Source: Basidiobolus meristosporus CBS 931.73 (lineage: Eukaryota > Fungi > Basidiobolomycota). Taken from it: a stretch of DNA of 54,438 nucleotides. The notes below the pieces were generated by a model. The model searched no databases and had not been told where the DNA came from. It saw only the letters and a program-made list of their open reading frames with translations. Shown here piece by piece: positions 1 through 9,786 of this stretch. A program made the position numbers and the translations under genes. The stretch's first letter is position 1. Each line of letters begins with the position of its first letter. The DNA is taken from positions 1 to 54,438 of the forward strand of contig MCFE01000601.1 in assembly GCA_002104905.1 (NCBI GenBank). The letters run 5' to 3'.

Positions 1-254
1 TATTGATCGATTGGCTTTTACCCAGAGTTTTGGAATGATCGCTGGGATTTCCTTCTTAGGCATCAGGACAATCGGACAACTGCATAACATATTAATTCTG
101 ATCCAGAAAATGTGAGAATGTGCAGTGAAGTAGATGACAGTTTGGTAATTTGTATCTGAGTGTTGTGTGCTTGAAGACGCTACTTAAATGAAGGATAGGG
201 AGGCCAGGACTCTACAATACTTAAGGAATAGCAAGGAACTGAGAGGGCATAGCC

Positions 255-414
255 AACTACTCCAATTTCATATTCTGGGCACCTAATATTTTGGTGAAAA
301 TGCTCAAAGTAGATCCCAGCTAGGAATTTGGGCAAAATGCTCTAAGATTACTAGACCATGATCTAAGTGACTAAGTTAGGCAAGTTCTTAGGTGTAGTTA
401 CAAAACTTGTAACA
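255..414 (-). repeat. Degenerate LTR fragment of the Copia family found at 29-52 kb
   Basis: Contains ATATTTTGGTGAAAAT..GATCCC..GGAATTTGG..ATGATCTAAGTGACTAAGTTAGG..TTACAAAACTTGTAACA, matching the distal half of the 349-bp LTR at 29063-29411. The left boundary is unclear. Confidence 0.7.
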
Positions 415-419
415 CAGAC

Positions 420-620
420 TTGAGTATTATATCCATCCAATATGAGCAGAGGAAAAAACTTCAGTTATATCAGTAGTGGGCATTGCAGATAGTGACAGCT
501 TGGGGCTCATAGCCTGCTGCAAGAGATTTGGAGATATTGAATGTGATTGAGAAAACTGTTGTTGCCTATGACCTAAGTGACTAGGTCAAGTGAATATTAA
601 GATGTTATTACCAAATATAC
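420..620 (-). mobile_element. Copia remnant: 5' gag region, PBS and internally deleted 5' LTR
   Basis: AGTGACAGCTTGGGGCTCATAGCC|TGCTGCAAGAGATTTGGAGATATTG (491-539) mirrors the PBS/LTR junctions at 33275-33320 and (reverse complement) 47360-47405. Bases 420-500 match the gag start of the element at 33190-33290. Confidence 0.7.
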
Positions 621-1485
621 AAAAATAGCTATGTATTGTACATATTTGAGGCATTTTGTATCAGTACTCTGGTTAGTGCCATTAAAGCAGTCTGGTCTGT
701 AGCCATCATTGGATGTTTGTACATCATATAAAAAGCCTAATAGTAATCTCTTGAAACACAAACTAACAATAACTTTGCCGATAACATAAACTCATAGTAA
801 AAGTTACTTGACTTATGCTTCACTCACTATTGTTAGCATCCTTTAGTCCAAATCAGGCATGCGAAGCAACTGAACAAACTGGATTACAAATACTTGCAAT
901 TGTGAATCACTTCAGCAACAATGAAACAACCAATAATTGGTTTACCTAATTTTACAAGATGCTTCATGCAACTAGTAACAGTTCTTAACTCAGGAAGAAC
1001 AATCATAATGATATCAGATCCAAAGTAAATATAGGTAAGTACTAGGTGAGTGCAGTTGACAATATTTCAATAAAGTTGAAGCAGATTTGCCACAAAATCC
1101 TGATATTCCAGTTGGTAGTGTTCGCCAGGTAGTAACATAGAATTTTTCTACAAAGTACTCGAGATCTGCGCCAATATCCAAGCTCTTGTCAATCCGAAAT
1201 TTGGAAATAGCGCTCCACTTAACTCATATAATTGGTCAAGTAGCTGAAATTCGACCAACCGGTGCAAATGCCAAGTCTTTGATTTCTTCTGCATTACATC
1301 GCTACATCTTGCATTGTCGATGATACCACTCAGTCCACCTTTACGGCATATTGATCTCCTAATCAGAGACAATGTTTAACGCCAAGGAATAAATTCATGC
1401 AAAGTGCAGAGGTCGAACAACCTGAATAAAAGCCCAGCTTGTCACCCAGGTACGAGCATCAATCTTGCACTGCATCGCATTCATC

Positions 1486-3583
1486 ATGACCATCTCCAAC
1501 TCGAATGGCTCCTCCTTTTATGGTGCTAGAAGCGCTCGGAGAGTTGCTGTGAAAGAATGTAAGAAGTGTTCATGCTACTCTCAATTGATCCATCAGTACT
1601 GACCACATCACATCAGTCAGCAAATCAGAAATAGCCAACCGAATTCAGAATAGCAACCTCGTCCGTCTAGTGGACGCATATCGCTCATTTGGCCACAAAT
1701 GCGCCAACATCGATCCACTGAATATGTGGCATCAGAGGTATGCTCACCATCCATGTGTGATGAACCCCAGTAGCTAACATCATGAACTTGCAGCCGCGAC
1801 GCGTCCTTGGACCCATCAACCTATGGACTAGATGACCCTCAAGCCGAATACCAACTTGAAGGTAAGATCAGCCACTACTGATCACTGACTGCAATACTCA
1901 CCAGTGCATTAGGAATTGTGAGTATGAAGGGTCTGTCAAAAGCAACGCTTGCTCAGATCATCGAGCATCTCGAGAATGTTTACTGTGGCCACATGGCATT
2001 TGAGTTTATGCACATCACCGTAAGTCCTCTTGCTATGTGATGATTCAGCTTGACACCCACTAATGTTGACGTGCAGGATAACTCTTTGCGCAGGTGGTTT
2101 GCTAGCCAAGCCGAGACAAGTATCGATACCAACTTCTCCAAGGAGGAAAAGTACAAGTTTCTTGAGTTGATGACCAGGTCGGAGACCTTCGATCATTACA
2201 TGATGCGTGAGTGTGGCCATCGGAAACAGTTCAGCCTGGAAGGCTCTGAGAGTGCGCTTGTTGCGCTCCAACAGGTCCTGGAGCACTCCAGTAAGGCAGG
2301 AGTGCTGGAGGTGGTGATGTGCCTGACTCACCGTTGTCGTATGCAGATCATGATGGAATTACTGGGAGTTCCCAAGGACTCGCTGTTCCGTAAGTTCCAA
2401 GGGCTCTCCGAATTTCCCGACGAAATCCCTTCCCATATCATTGGCGACCTGGTGTATAACGCACAGGCCTCCGTAGACCTAAAACTTGGCGGCAAACACC
2501 CACTGCATGTGTCCGTAGTCCCCAATCCCTGTCATCTGGAACTCGTGAATCCAGTTGCCCTTGGCAAAGTCAGAGCCAAGCAGGAGGATTATTTGTCACA
2601 GGAGACGGATGTCTGCAAGGTACACCCCCCTGAACAACCTATCCTCGACCCAAGGGAAGCTTGAACTGGTGGATAGCCCGCTTGGTGAGCTAGCAGTGAT
2701 GAGCTACGAGTATGGCATGTCCTTGGAGACTCCAAACCGGCTGAACATGTGGGAAGCTCAGCTCGGCGACTTCTTCAACTCAGCACAGGAGGTGATCGAC
2801 AGCTTCATCTCTGGAGGGGAAGAGAAATGGCTGCGTCAGTCGGGCCTAGTACTGGTGCTTCCTCATGGGTACGAAGGTGCGGGCCCTGAGCACACCTCAT
2901 GCCGCATCGAGCGCTTTCTGCAACTGTCCAGCGATCGGTTCAATGTCACCGATCCAAATGTTAGCAATAATGTGAACTGGCATGTGGTGAATTGCTCGAC
3001 TCCAGCCCAATACTTCCATGTGCTACGCCGCCAGATGAAGCGAAACTATCGCAAGCCGCTGATTGTTGTTGGCCCCAAAAGGCTCACGCGCATTCCCAAG
3101 GCAGTCTCTGATCTGGATGACTTCGCACCGGGAACCTCATTCCAGCCGGTGATTTCTGATATGGAAGCCAACAAGCTATCAGTCCGACGAGTGATCTTCG
3201 TCTCTGGCAAGCTGTACTATGAGCTGCTAGAGGAACGGGCCAAGAAAGAAATGGTGGTTCAAGTGGCGCTAATCAGGGTGGAGGAATACTCCCCGTTCCC
3301 CAAAGAAGACTTGGAAGCGGAGATATCCAAGTATCCATCAGCATCCGAATTTGTGTGGTGCCAAGAGGAGACACAAAACGGCGGAGCGTGGTACTTCATG
3401 GAATCGAGGCTCAATCAGCTACTACCCAGCCAACACAAGCTCAAATACATTGGGAGAGCTGCTTGTGCTGCCCCAGCCAATGGTATTTACGTGAAGCACC
3501 TTGCCGAGCAGAAGCAAATCTATCAAGAGGCCCTTGCCCTATCATCCGCACCACCCAATCCCCATGTATACGCATACGACTAG
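1486..3583 (+). pseudogene. DHTKD1: 2-oxoadipate/2-oxoglutarate dehydrogenase E1-like (DHTKD1-type) gene with a large out-of-frame internal deletion
   Basis: Spliced reading gives NLVRLVDAYRSFGHKCANIDPL, LDPSTYGL, YCGHMAFEFMHI, SLEGSES, FRKFQGLSEFP, PNPCHLELVNPVALGKVRAKQ, then jumps frame at ~2620 to YTPLN..SPLGE..YEYG..WEAQLGDF..KWLRQSG..LPHGYEGAGPEHTSCRIERFLQ..CQEETQNGGAW. Four GT-AG introns lie between ~1560 and 2080. The ThDP-binding GDxxF..NN segment is absent. The start codon is uncertain. Confidence 0.85.
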
Positions 3584-4503
3584 GTTATATGATAGAGTTT
3601 CCTCCTAGTCAAAAGTAGGATATTCATTTTCTGTAGATCGGCATATTAAGCAAGTAAAAAATAGCATCTTAATCCTTGAAAAACCAAGCACAAGTTCAGC
3701 GTGTATATAAGAAGTGAGACTTATTGAAAAGTAGTGATCACTCAACAAGTTACAGAGAGTGTATGTTATCCAAGCATTTATTATAATCATGAGTATCACC
3801 CGGATTGACTATGTCTGCTAGTTATAACGTTGGCAATGTTGGTGAACTTTCCCTTTTCTCTTGCCATCCCTGATAATGTCGGGCCTCAAGCTGTAGCTAA
3901 CCAAATTAAGGATATCAGATTAAACAGAAATTTCGGCTACTGTTGCTAGTGTACAGTTCCACATGGTGGATAAAGGTTTAAGCATGGTTGTGTCCGCTTG
4001 GTTGAAAGTTTGTATTGCATAGTCAATACCATGCATAATTGATGCAACACTTACCAATAATACCAAATCAAGAATCTATACCAGGAATTCGAAACAATTT
4101 ACTGGTGTTTGAGATTGTGTAAAGTAATCACCACTATTCTGGTCAAAAGCATGAGAAATGCGTAATAAGCAGCCAAGCTAGACTTTTCGTCGGCATTGTT
4201 GACCACGTTATGAGCATAAACTCTTTCTGTTACTGGCCATGTTGTAGTAAGCCTGCCAACATGTATCATCTAGTATTGGTCTGTATACATTATGCTACAG
4301 CCAAGGATGCCAATTTGCATTAGCAATTCGAAATCTCTTGGGATCATTTCGCGTGGATAGGCGGAATGATACCTTTTATATCCATAAACAGGCATGCTGG
4401 CCTATCAGCGCACATGTCAAGCGAAGAGTGGTTCCCGGAGAGTGGAAATATAAATGCCACTCGCCCGTCTGTAGTCTCAACAATCCATCTCTTTAGAGCA
4501 ATC

Positions 4504-5085
4504 ATGAATACGAATACAGCTGACTCCTTTGACGCATTCTCTCCCGAGTTGATTGCCGAAATCTTCAGCTACTTACCAGTCCGCGATGTATGTCAATGCT
4601 CCCTTGTCTCACAGCAATGGGGGGCAATCAGCAGCAGCGAACACTTATGGCGCAATCTGTGCAAGGAGGCCTGGAAGGGGAAGAAGGGGTGGTCAGGCGT
4701 TGCCCAACTATCGGTTGATCAAGTCGCTTCCACTCTCATCTCCAAAAACACTTTGCCTGCTGAAAAACTGGCATTCAGTGGCCATGCAAGCTGGAAGCTC
4801 TGGTTCATAGTATCACACAAGGATAGTCAGAGGACTTCTGTCACCACTGATGATGTATTTGGTGACTGGATTCTCCACATTGGGATCAACCAGAAATGCG
4901 ACCCAATTCGCACTCGATTCGAGTCGGATTTTTCATTTTTCTGCGAGAACACCGGTGCATTGAAGTGGGAAGTGGTAGGCAATACCATCAAACTACCCGA
5001 CTCCCCCCCCCCCTTGCGAGTAAAAAGAACCGCTAATTGGGGCTGGAAGCTACATTGTCCATATTCTGCATTCTATCAGGTATAG
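4504..5085 (+). CDS. F-box domain protein (single exon, ~193 aa)
   Basis: N-terminal FSPELIAEIFSYLPVRDVCQCSLVSQQW..SEHLWRNLC is a classic F-box. The C-terminal domain is not recognised. ATG 4504 was chosen over the upstream ORF start at 4366. Confidence 0.8.
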   Translation: MNTNTADSFDAFSPELIAEIFSYLPVRDVCQCSLVSQQWGAISSSEHLWRNLCKEAWKGKKGWSGVAQLSVDQVASTLISKNTLPAEKLAFSGHASWKLWFIVSHKDSQRTSVTTDDVFGDWILHIGINQKCDPIRTRFESDFSFFCENTGALKWEVVGNTIKLPDSPPPLRVKRTANWGWKLHCPYSAFYQV

Positions 5086-6244
5086 TAGACGATGCAACCA
5101 TGTATGTTGTTTATATAGAGAATTGTACATAATAAATCAATTAGACTGAGAATTCCATTTATTTTGACCACTCTAATGCACATATTATCCAATATTCACT
5201 GATGACTAGTGTTCTAGCCATACTTGATATGAATATTCATTGCTATGGATTCATATAGTTTAGTAAAGCTGTTTTACCCATCAGTATGTGGAGCAAGTAG
5301 AATATGCAACTAGGTTGTGATTTTGAGCGAGAGGCTACTTAGTAAGAATGAGCTATCCTCATGTTTGATGCACCTTGTACACGTCTTGTGCAACGTCTGT
5401 GGTCCTTACCCATTATGGATAATTAGTAAATAGGCTACATAATGAATTCCCAATAAACCCACAATGTATATAGGAGCATGGTACATGACAATTCAAGAGC
5501 AACACCTTTCAGTTATATGAATACTTAGCCACACACTCTCATAAATGGAATGTCCAGGCTACTTATGGATGGCTTTGGTTTTTGCAGGTTTACATAATCA
5601 GTAGTAAACACTCTTGCTTTTCTCTCATTGGCAGTGAACATGAACAGAATGAGCGCAAATGCAAAAGTGCAGTAGTTATTCAAGCATCATATATCCAGAG
5701 TACACAGAGTATCACTTAGTATACTATATCCAATGATTATCAACATGTTTTGGTCGGGCCTTAGACCAATGAGCTTGGTTGATATAATATTCAGAAAATT
5801 TTGTTGGTGTTTCATATAGATGGATTCCATGTTACATCAAGTCTGAGGCAATGAGTACCGGTTAACCAATACTCGACAATGATACACGGGTAAATGCCTA
5901 CCAACAATGATGGTCCGTACTAAATAGGAACAATCCAGAAAGGCTGCCGCCAGATATTAATGCATCTAGAGGCCACAAGGTGCAACACTCGAAAGTGTGC
6001 AATGCACCTCGACCCGGAGGAATATTTTAACCTGGATTGCTTGCAACAACGACCCATCCTGGAAAAACGGAACCAAATTAATTGCGCTCAATCTTGGCAA
6101 TCAACGCGGAATTGATAGGATTGCTAATTTTAATCGACCAATTCCGCCGCACGCCTCTGCGGAATACTACTGCGGAGTTTGGATGTTTGCTATATAGCAC
6201 CCATCCAGCGTTCTCCAACCTCAACTGAAGCAAATCAAATCTAA

Positions 6245-8472
6245 ATGTGTGATATGAACCGTAAGTCTGATCTTGGAAGCCCAATTCGTGATATTCTACT
6301 GGAAAGTGAAATGGCCGGTGATGTGTGCAATCCCCGTTTTGCATCGAGACACGACGATTCAAGTTCTCATTCTTCAATTGATGATTCTCCTCAGAATGGG
6401 AATGATTTATCAAGTGACAGTGAGCATGAGTGTGTCTTCCATCGATGTGATTTTATCGATAGGAGAAATCGTGGTAGTTGGCGTGGTAGTTGGGATACCA
6501 GATTTCGTTCCAGACCCGGTGATGGTGAATTTCATCGTGGCTTTGGACCTTGGGATGAAATGAGTGGGGGATCGCGCCGTTGTGGTAGGCGTTGGAATGA
6601 TGAATCAAACAAATGTGAAAGGAGTGGATGTGGTCATCGCAAAGACAAGCATACTCCTGATCAGCATGATGATGAATCAAAGCACAATAAGCCAGGAAAA
6701 TCCCCCAGTGACAAGGACCCCAATACAATGCAAGAACACAGATCATCAAGACACCACAGAAAACATTGTTGTGGCACAAATCCTAAGAATAAGCCGTCAC
6801 ATAGTGATGGTGAATTGATTGGAAGTGACAAAACCAACCGGAGAATTCCATCAAGACATGGTAGAAAATGTAAGAATGCTGAGCACAAAAGTCATCAGGA
6901 GGGCGAGTCTGGGAAGGAAACTCCACAAAGATGTGGTGGTAGACATGGATTCGAGAAAGGATCCCATCCAAGTCATGGTGGAAGACACTGGGGCTTTGGG
7001 CCTGAAGAAGGATTTCCTCCAAGCCATGGTGGACCCTGGGGTTTTGGGCCTGAAGAAGGGTTCCCTCCGAGACGTAGTGGACCATGGAGCTTTGGACTCG
7101 AAGAAGGTTTCCCTCCAAGACATGGTGGAAGACACCACCGGGGCTTTGGACCCGAAAGAGGATTTCCTCCAAGATGCGGTGGACCCTGGGGCTTTGGGCC
7201 TGAAGAAGGTTTCCCTCCGAGACGTGGTGGGCCATGGAGCTTTGGACTCGAAAGAGGATTTCCTCCAAGATGCGGTGGACCCTGGGGCTTTGGGCCTGAA
7301 GAAGGTTTCCCTCCGAGACGTGGCGGGCCATGGAGCTTTGAACCCGAAGAAGGTTTCCCTCCAAGACGTGGTGGAAGACACCACAGGGGCTTTGGGCCCG
7401 AAGGAGGATTCCCTCCAAGATGCAGTGGACCCTGGAGCTTTGGGCCCGAAGGAATATTTCCTCCAAGACATGGTGGAAGACACCGGGGCTTTGGGCCTGA
7501 AGGATTCCCTCCGAGACGTGGTGGGAGACACCGGGGCTTTGAGCCCGAAGAAGGATTCCCCTCAGGACTCGGTGATGAGCATTGTGAATTTGGACCCGAA
7601 GAAAGATTTCCTCCAAGACATGGTGGAAGACACTGGGGCTTTGGGCCCGAAGAAGGGTTCCCTCCAAGACGTGGTGGACCCTGGAGCTTTGGGTCTGAAG
7701 AAGGATTCCCTCAAAGATATGGTGGAGGACATTGGGGCTTTGGGCCCGAAGGAGGATTTCCTCCAAGATGCGGTGGACCCTGGGGCTTTGGGCCTGAAGA
7801 AGGTTTCCCTCCGAGACGTGGTGGGCCATGGAGCTTTGAACTCGATGAAGGTTTCCCTCCAAGACATGGTGGAAGACACTGGGGCTTTGGGCCCGAAGGA
7901 GGATTCCCTTCAAGATGTGATGGAAGACACTATGGATTTAAATCCGATGAAAGATCTCGTTCAAGACACGCCGGAAGACACTATGGGGGTGGATCTGAAG
8001 GAGAACTTCCTTCAAGACATGGTGAAAGACACTGGGGCTGCGGGCCCAAATGGAGGATTCCGTCCAAGATGTTGTGGACCTTGGGGCGAAGGAAAATTCC
8101 CCACAAGACATGGTGGAGGGCACCGTGACTGTGAATCCAAAGGAAAATTCCATTCAAGATGTAGCAGAAAATACTGGGACCCAGAGTACGAAGAAGGATT
8201 CTTTCCAAGATGTAATTCTGGGACACTGTGACGAAGAAAAATGCCCTTCCCGACATGAAAAACCTCAAGGAGACAAGTCACCGTGTGGAAGTGACGACGA
8301 AGACCCAAATCTATCTGATGAGCCATATCAAGGAACAGACAAGGGCAAAAGTAAAGAAGCCGAGCCTCAAGATGAAGACGAGGATTTGGAAGCCAGTGAG
8401 GATGGCATTATTATGCTAGGCAAACCATCTGAAGGTACCAGTGATGGAGGAGCCAACGACCAAGCCATATGA
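6245..8472 (+). CDS. Unknown low-complexity tandem-repeat protein (Gly/Pro/Arg/aromatic), with two +1 frameshifts near the 3' end
   Basis: 627-aa ORF from ATG 6245, preceded by TATATA at ~6190. The repeat motif continues in the next frame after ~8050 (GGFRPRCCGPWG..EEGFFPRC) and in the third frame after ~8218 (acidic tail to stop 8472). Removing two bases gives one 741-aa ORF. Confidence 0.7.
6965..8215 (+). repeat. Coding minisatellite, ~25 units of mostly 48-54 bp
   Basis: Recurring GGACCCTGGGGCTTTGGGCCTGAAGAAGG(A/T)TT(T/C)CCTCC(A/G)AGA and CATGGTGGAAGACAC variants. About 19 units are well conserved and about 6 are degenerate. Confidence 0.95.
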
Positions 8473-8781
8473 GTGGCATTTGGCGGACAGTTTAAATTTA
8501 ACAAATTCAAATAAACGTATTCATTCACGAAAACAAAGCTCAATTTACCGTAATTCTTTAGGATAAAACATTAATATGCTGATCACGTTGTATTGATAAA
8601 ATGCTGGATTATACGAGAAAATGGGTGAAACAATTAGAAGTCAAACACTATTTCATAATCCCAGGTTTACGAATCGATGTCATCTGACGGTTTCCAGAAG
8701 GGATAATGCGATGAAAATCGTCAGTGACAACTAACCAACCCATCTTGCTTCTTTATCTCAAGGTTCTATCGTAATCGTAAC

Positions 8782-9696
8782 ATGCTGGCCACAACAGTTT
8801 TAACACGCTGCGTGCGCTTAAATTCAGCCAGTCAGCTTCGCCGCAGCCTACAGATAGGCACACGAAGCGTTTCTAACTTAGTCCTAAAGGAGGCAGATTC
8901 CAGTGGGGTCGTAACACTCAAGCTCAACGCTCCCCCAGTAAATGCTTTGACACGGCCTCTACTCTCGGAAATTAGCAACAGTCTTCATGAGATAGTCACA
9001 CAAGTTGACCTCAAGAAGTCGGAATCGCAAGCACCGTTAGTGAACGGGGTGGTGTTGACTTCCAACTTAAATCATCAATTCTGCGCAGGCCTTGACCTAC
9101 GTGAACTCCACCACCCCGACCCCGAAAAGTTGAAAGACTACCTACAGCTATTCTTGAAGACACTTCGTAGTCTCGCCGCTCTGCCGATACCTACGGCGGC
9201 GGTCTACAATGGCCATGCACTTGCGGGAGGAGCTGTACTAGGCATGGCCTGCGAGCGCCGATTCCTTTTTAGGGGACAGCCCCCAAAGTCTCAAAATGGC
9301 GCCTCCTACTGGGTCGGACTCAACGAGACAGCAATTGGACTGGCAATTCCTCCGTTTTTGAGAGAACTAGCCCATTTCGTAGTGAATTATCCGGCAGAAT
9401 TCGATGTGTATTTAGAGCACGGGACTGTATTTCAGCCTGATGATGCATACAAAGTTGGGATGGTGGACGACATCGATGACGAGTTGGAGCAAGCCACCGC
9501 CAAGGCCCGAGAGTGGTGTCTTAGCGAGAGTGTGCAACAACCCAGGGATGAGCGAATGCAAGCCAAACTCAGGGCTCGTGCTCGCCTTCTCAAGGTGTTG
9601 GATGACATAGATGGGCAATCGAACCATCTTCTGGAGTCCGTACTAAAACCTGGCTTCCAACAAGGGCTGGATGCACGGTTCAAGAAATCAGCTTAG
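8782..9696 (+). CDS. ECI1: Mitochondrial enoyl-CoA delta-isomerase (crotonase superfamily)
   Basis: Arg/Ser-rich presequence, LNAPPVNAL, FCAGLDLREL, GHALAGGAVLGMACERR and GLNETAIGL (ECI1-type catalytic Glu). Intact 304-aa single-exon ORF. Confidence 0.85.
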   Translation: MLATTVLTRCVRLNSASQLRRSLQIGTRSVSNLVLKEADSSGVVTLKLNAPPVNALTRPLLSEISNSLHEIVTQVDLKKSESQAPLVNGVVLTSNLNHQFCAGLDLRELHHPDPEKLKDYLQLFLKTLRSLAALPIPTAAVYNGHALAGGAVLGMACERRFLFRGQPPKSQNGASYWVGLNETAIGLAIPPFLRELAHFVVNYPAEFDVYLEHGTVFQPDDAYKVGMVDDIDDELEQATAKAREWCLSESVQQPRDERMQAKLRARARLLKVLDDIDGQSNHLLESVLKPGFQQGLDARFKKSA

Positions 9697-9786
9697 TCGG
9701 TGTGTGTTAAGTGTGTTTATTATTATATATTATACGGGCTCGAACAATCAATAAAAATAGGCTTGATGATGGGCTGTACAGGATGC

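Noticed and set aside
255-620. LTR-short internal-LTR arrangement as a TRIM
   Set aside because: There is no polypurine tract beside the left LTR, the right LTR is internally deleted, and no TSD is visible. Nested decay explains it more simply.
800-1400. Short ORFs (e.g. 1148-1372 minus) as a gene
   Set aside because: No recognisable motifs and stops in all frames nearby. A decayed gene cannot be excluded but is not supportable.
2620-2654. 35-nt GT..AG intron rescuing the DHTKD1-like frameshift
   Set aside because: Splicing it leaves the wrong frame and would remove the conserved YxPLN segment.
6965-8215. Repeat array as a CRISPR-like locus
   Set aside because: Units are contiguous and mutually similar, with no unique spacers. 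They keep a reading frame in a eukaryotic context and no cas genes are present.
6783-8231. 470-aa (+) and 376-aa (-) ORFs as separate genes
   Set aside because: Unit variation is synonymous in the GFPPR frame and non-synonymous in these frames, and they rely on non-ATG or internal starts.
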